A stretch of DNA of 64,000 bases from NCBI GenBank assembly GCA_041165365.1, contig JBEANR010000127.1, positions 110 to 64,109 on the forward strand, read 5' to 3'. Below the pieces are notes generated by a model, which had not been told where the DNA came from, did no database searches, and saw only the letters and a program-made list of their open reading frames with translations. This document shows positions 63,578 through 64,000 of this stretch, piece by piece. The position numbers and the translations under genes are program-made. Every line of letters starts with the position of its first letter. Position 1 is the stretch's first letter. The DNA comes from Actinomycetota bacterium. GTDB lineage: Bacteria > Actinomycetota > Actinomycetes > Actinomycetales > Microbacteriaceae.

Positions 63578-64000
63578 ATGGGACATCTGCCGGCAAAAAC
63601 GATCGCGTCGACGCTCCGCGATATTCAGAAGAGTGAGTTCGTACTTCCCGCCATTCAGCGGGAGTACGTGTGGAAGCCCTCGCAGGTGGTGCGGCTGTTC
63701 GACTCAATTCTCCGCGGCTACCCGATTGGTAGCTTTCTCGCTTGGAAGATCGATCCGGAGACCATCGCGAAGTTCAAGTTCTACGGATTCTTGAAGGACT
63801 ACTCGCAGTTCGACAAGCGCCACAATCCGGACCTCGATCTGCCGGACAAGCAGGTCACCGCCGTCCTCGACGGTCAGCAGCGATTGACGTCTTTGAATAT
63901 CGGTCTCCGTGGGTCCTACGCCGTTCGGGAGAAGTACGCGCGCCAAAACACTGCGCACGGGTACCCCACGCGGCGCATGTACTTGAACGTCCTTGGGGAG
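63578..64000 (+). CDS. DUF262 (GmrSD/SspE-type) domain protein, 3' truncated by window
   Basis: Own translation: MGHLPAKTIASTLRDIQKSEFVLPAIQREYVWKPSQVVRLFDSILRGYPIGSFLAW...VLDGQQRLTSL; QREYVW and DGQQR are DUF262 signatures. Not in ORF track. Confidence 0.9.
   Translation, partial: MGHLPAKTIASTLRDIQKSEFVLPAIQREYVWKPSQVVRLFDSILRGYPIGSFLAWKIDPETIAKFKFYGFLKDYSQFDKRHNPDLDLPDKQVTAVLDGQQRLTSLNIGLRGSYAVREKYARQNTAHGYPTRRMYLNVLGE

Overview
High-GC actinobacterial chromosome, most likely Microbacteriaceae (inferred from gene order and the MurE HHPR motif). 1-19.6 kb: complete dcw cluster (mraZ-rsmH-ftsL-ftsI-murE-murF-mraY-murD-ftsW-murG-murC-ftsQ-ftsZ-yggS-sepF-yggT-divIVA-lspA-rluD). 19.7-38.8 kb: core genes (dnaE, EamA, hisD, nrdR, pyrD, DUF3043, M20 dipeptidase, iscA/erpA, ctaCDF, qcrBAC-ctaE, trpD). 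38.8-50.8 kb: nitrate/nitrite assimilation cluster in which nirB and nirD are split into divergent operons around an NnaR-like inverted repeat. 50.8-55.7 kb: glpFK divergent from dhaKLM. 55.7-59.5 kb: acyl-CoA ligase, VOC protein, argG. 59.5-64 kb: accessory segment (B3/4 protein, unknown two-repeat beta protein, vapBC, TetR/SDR, and a DUF262 gene that runs off the window and is missing from the ORF track). No tRNA, rRNA, CRISPR array, integrase or transposase was seen. The least explained signals are a ~430-nt hairpin-rich spacer between ctaF and qcrB, a recurrent 9-mer GGATGCCGC, the split nirB/nirD layout, and repeated motifs upstream of the DUF262 gene. Protein calls are by motif recognition and synteny only; no database searches were run. 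Starts were often moved from the ORF track to more plausible codons.
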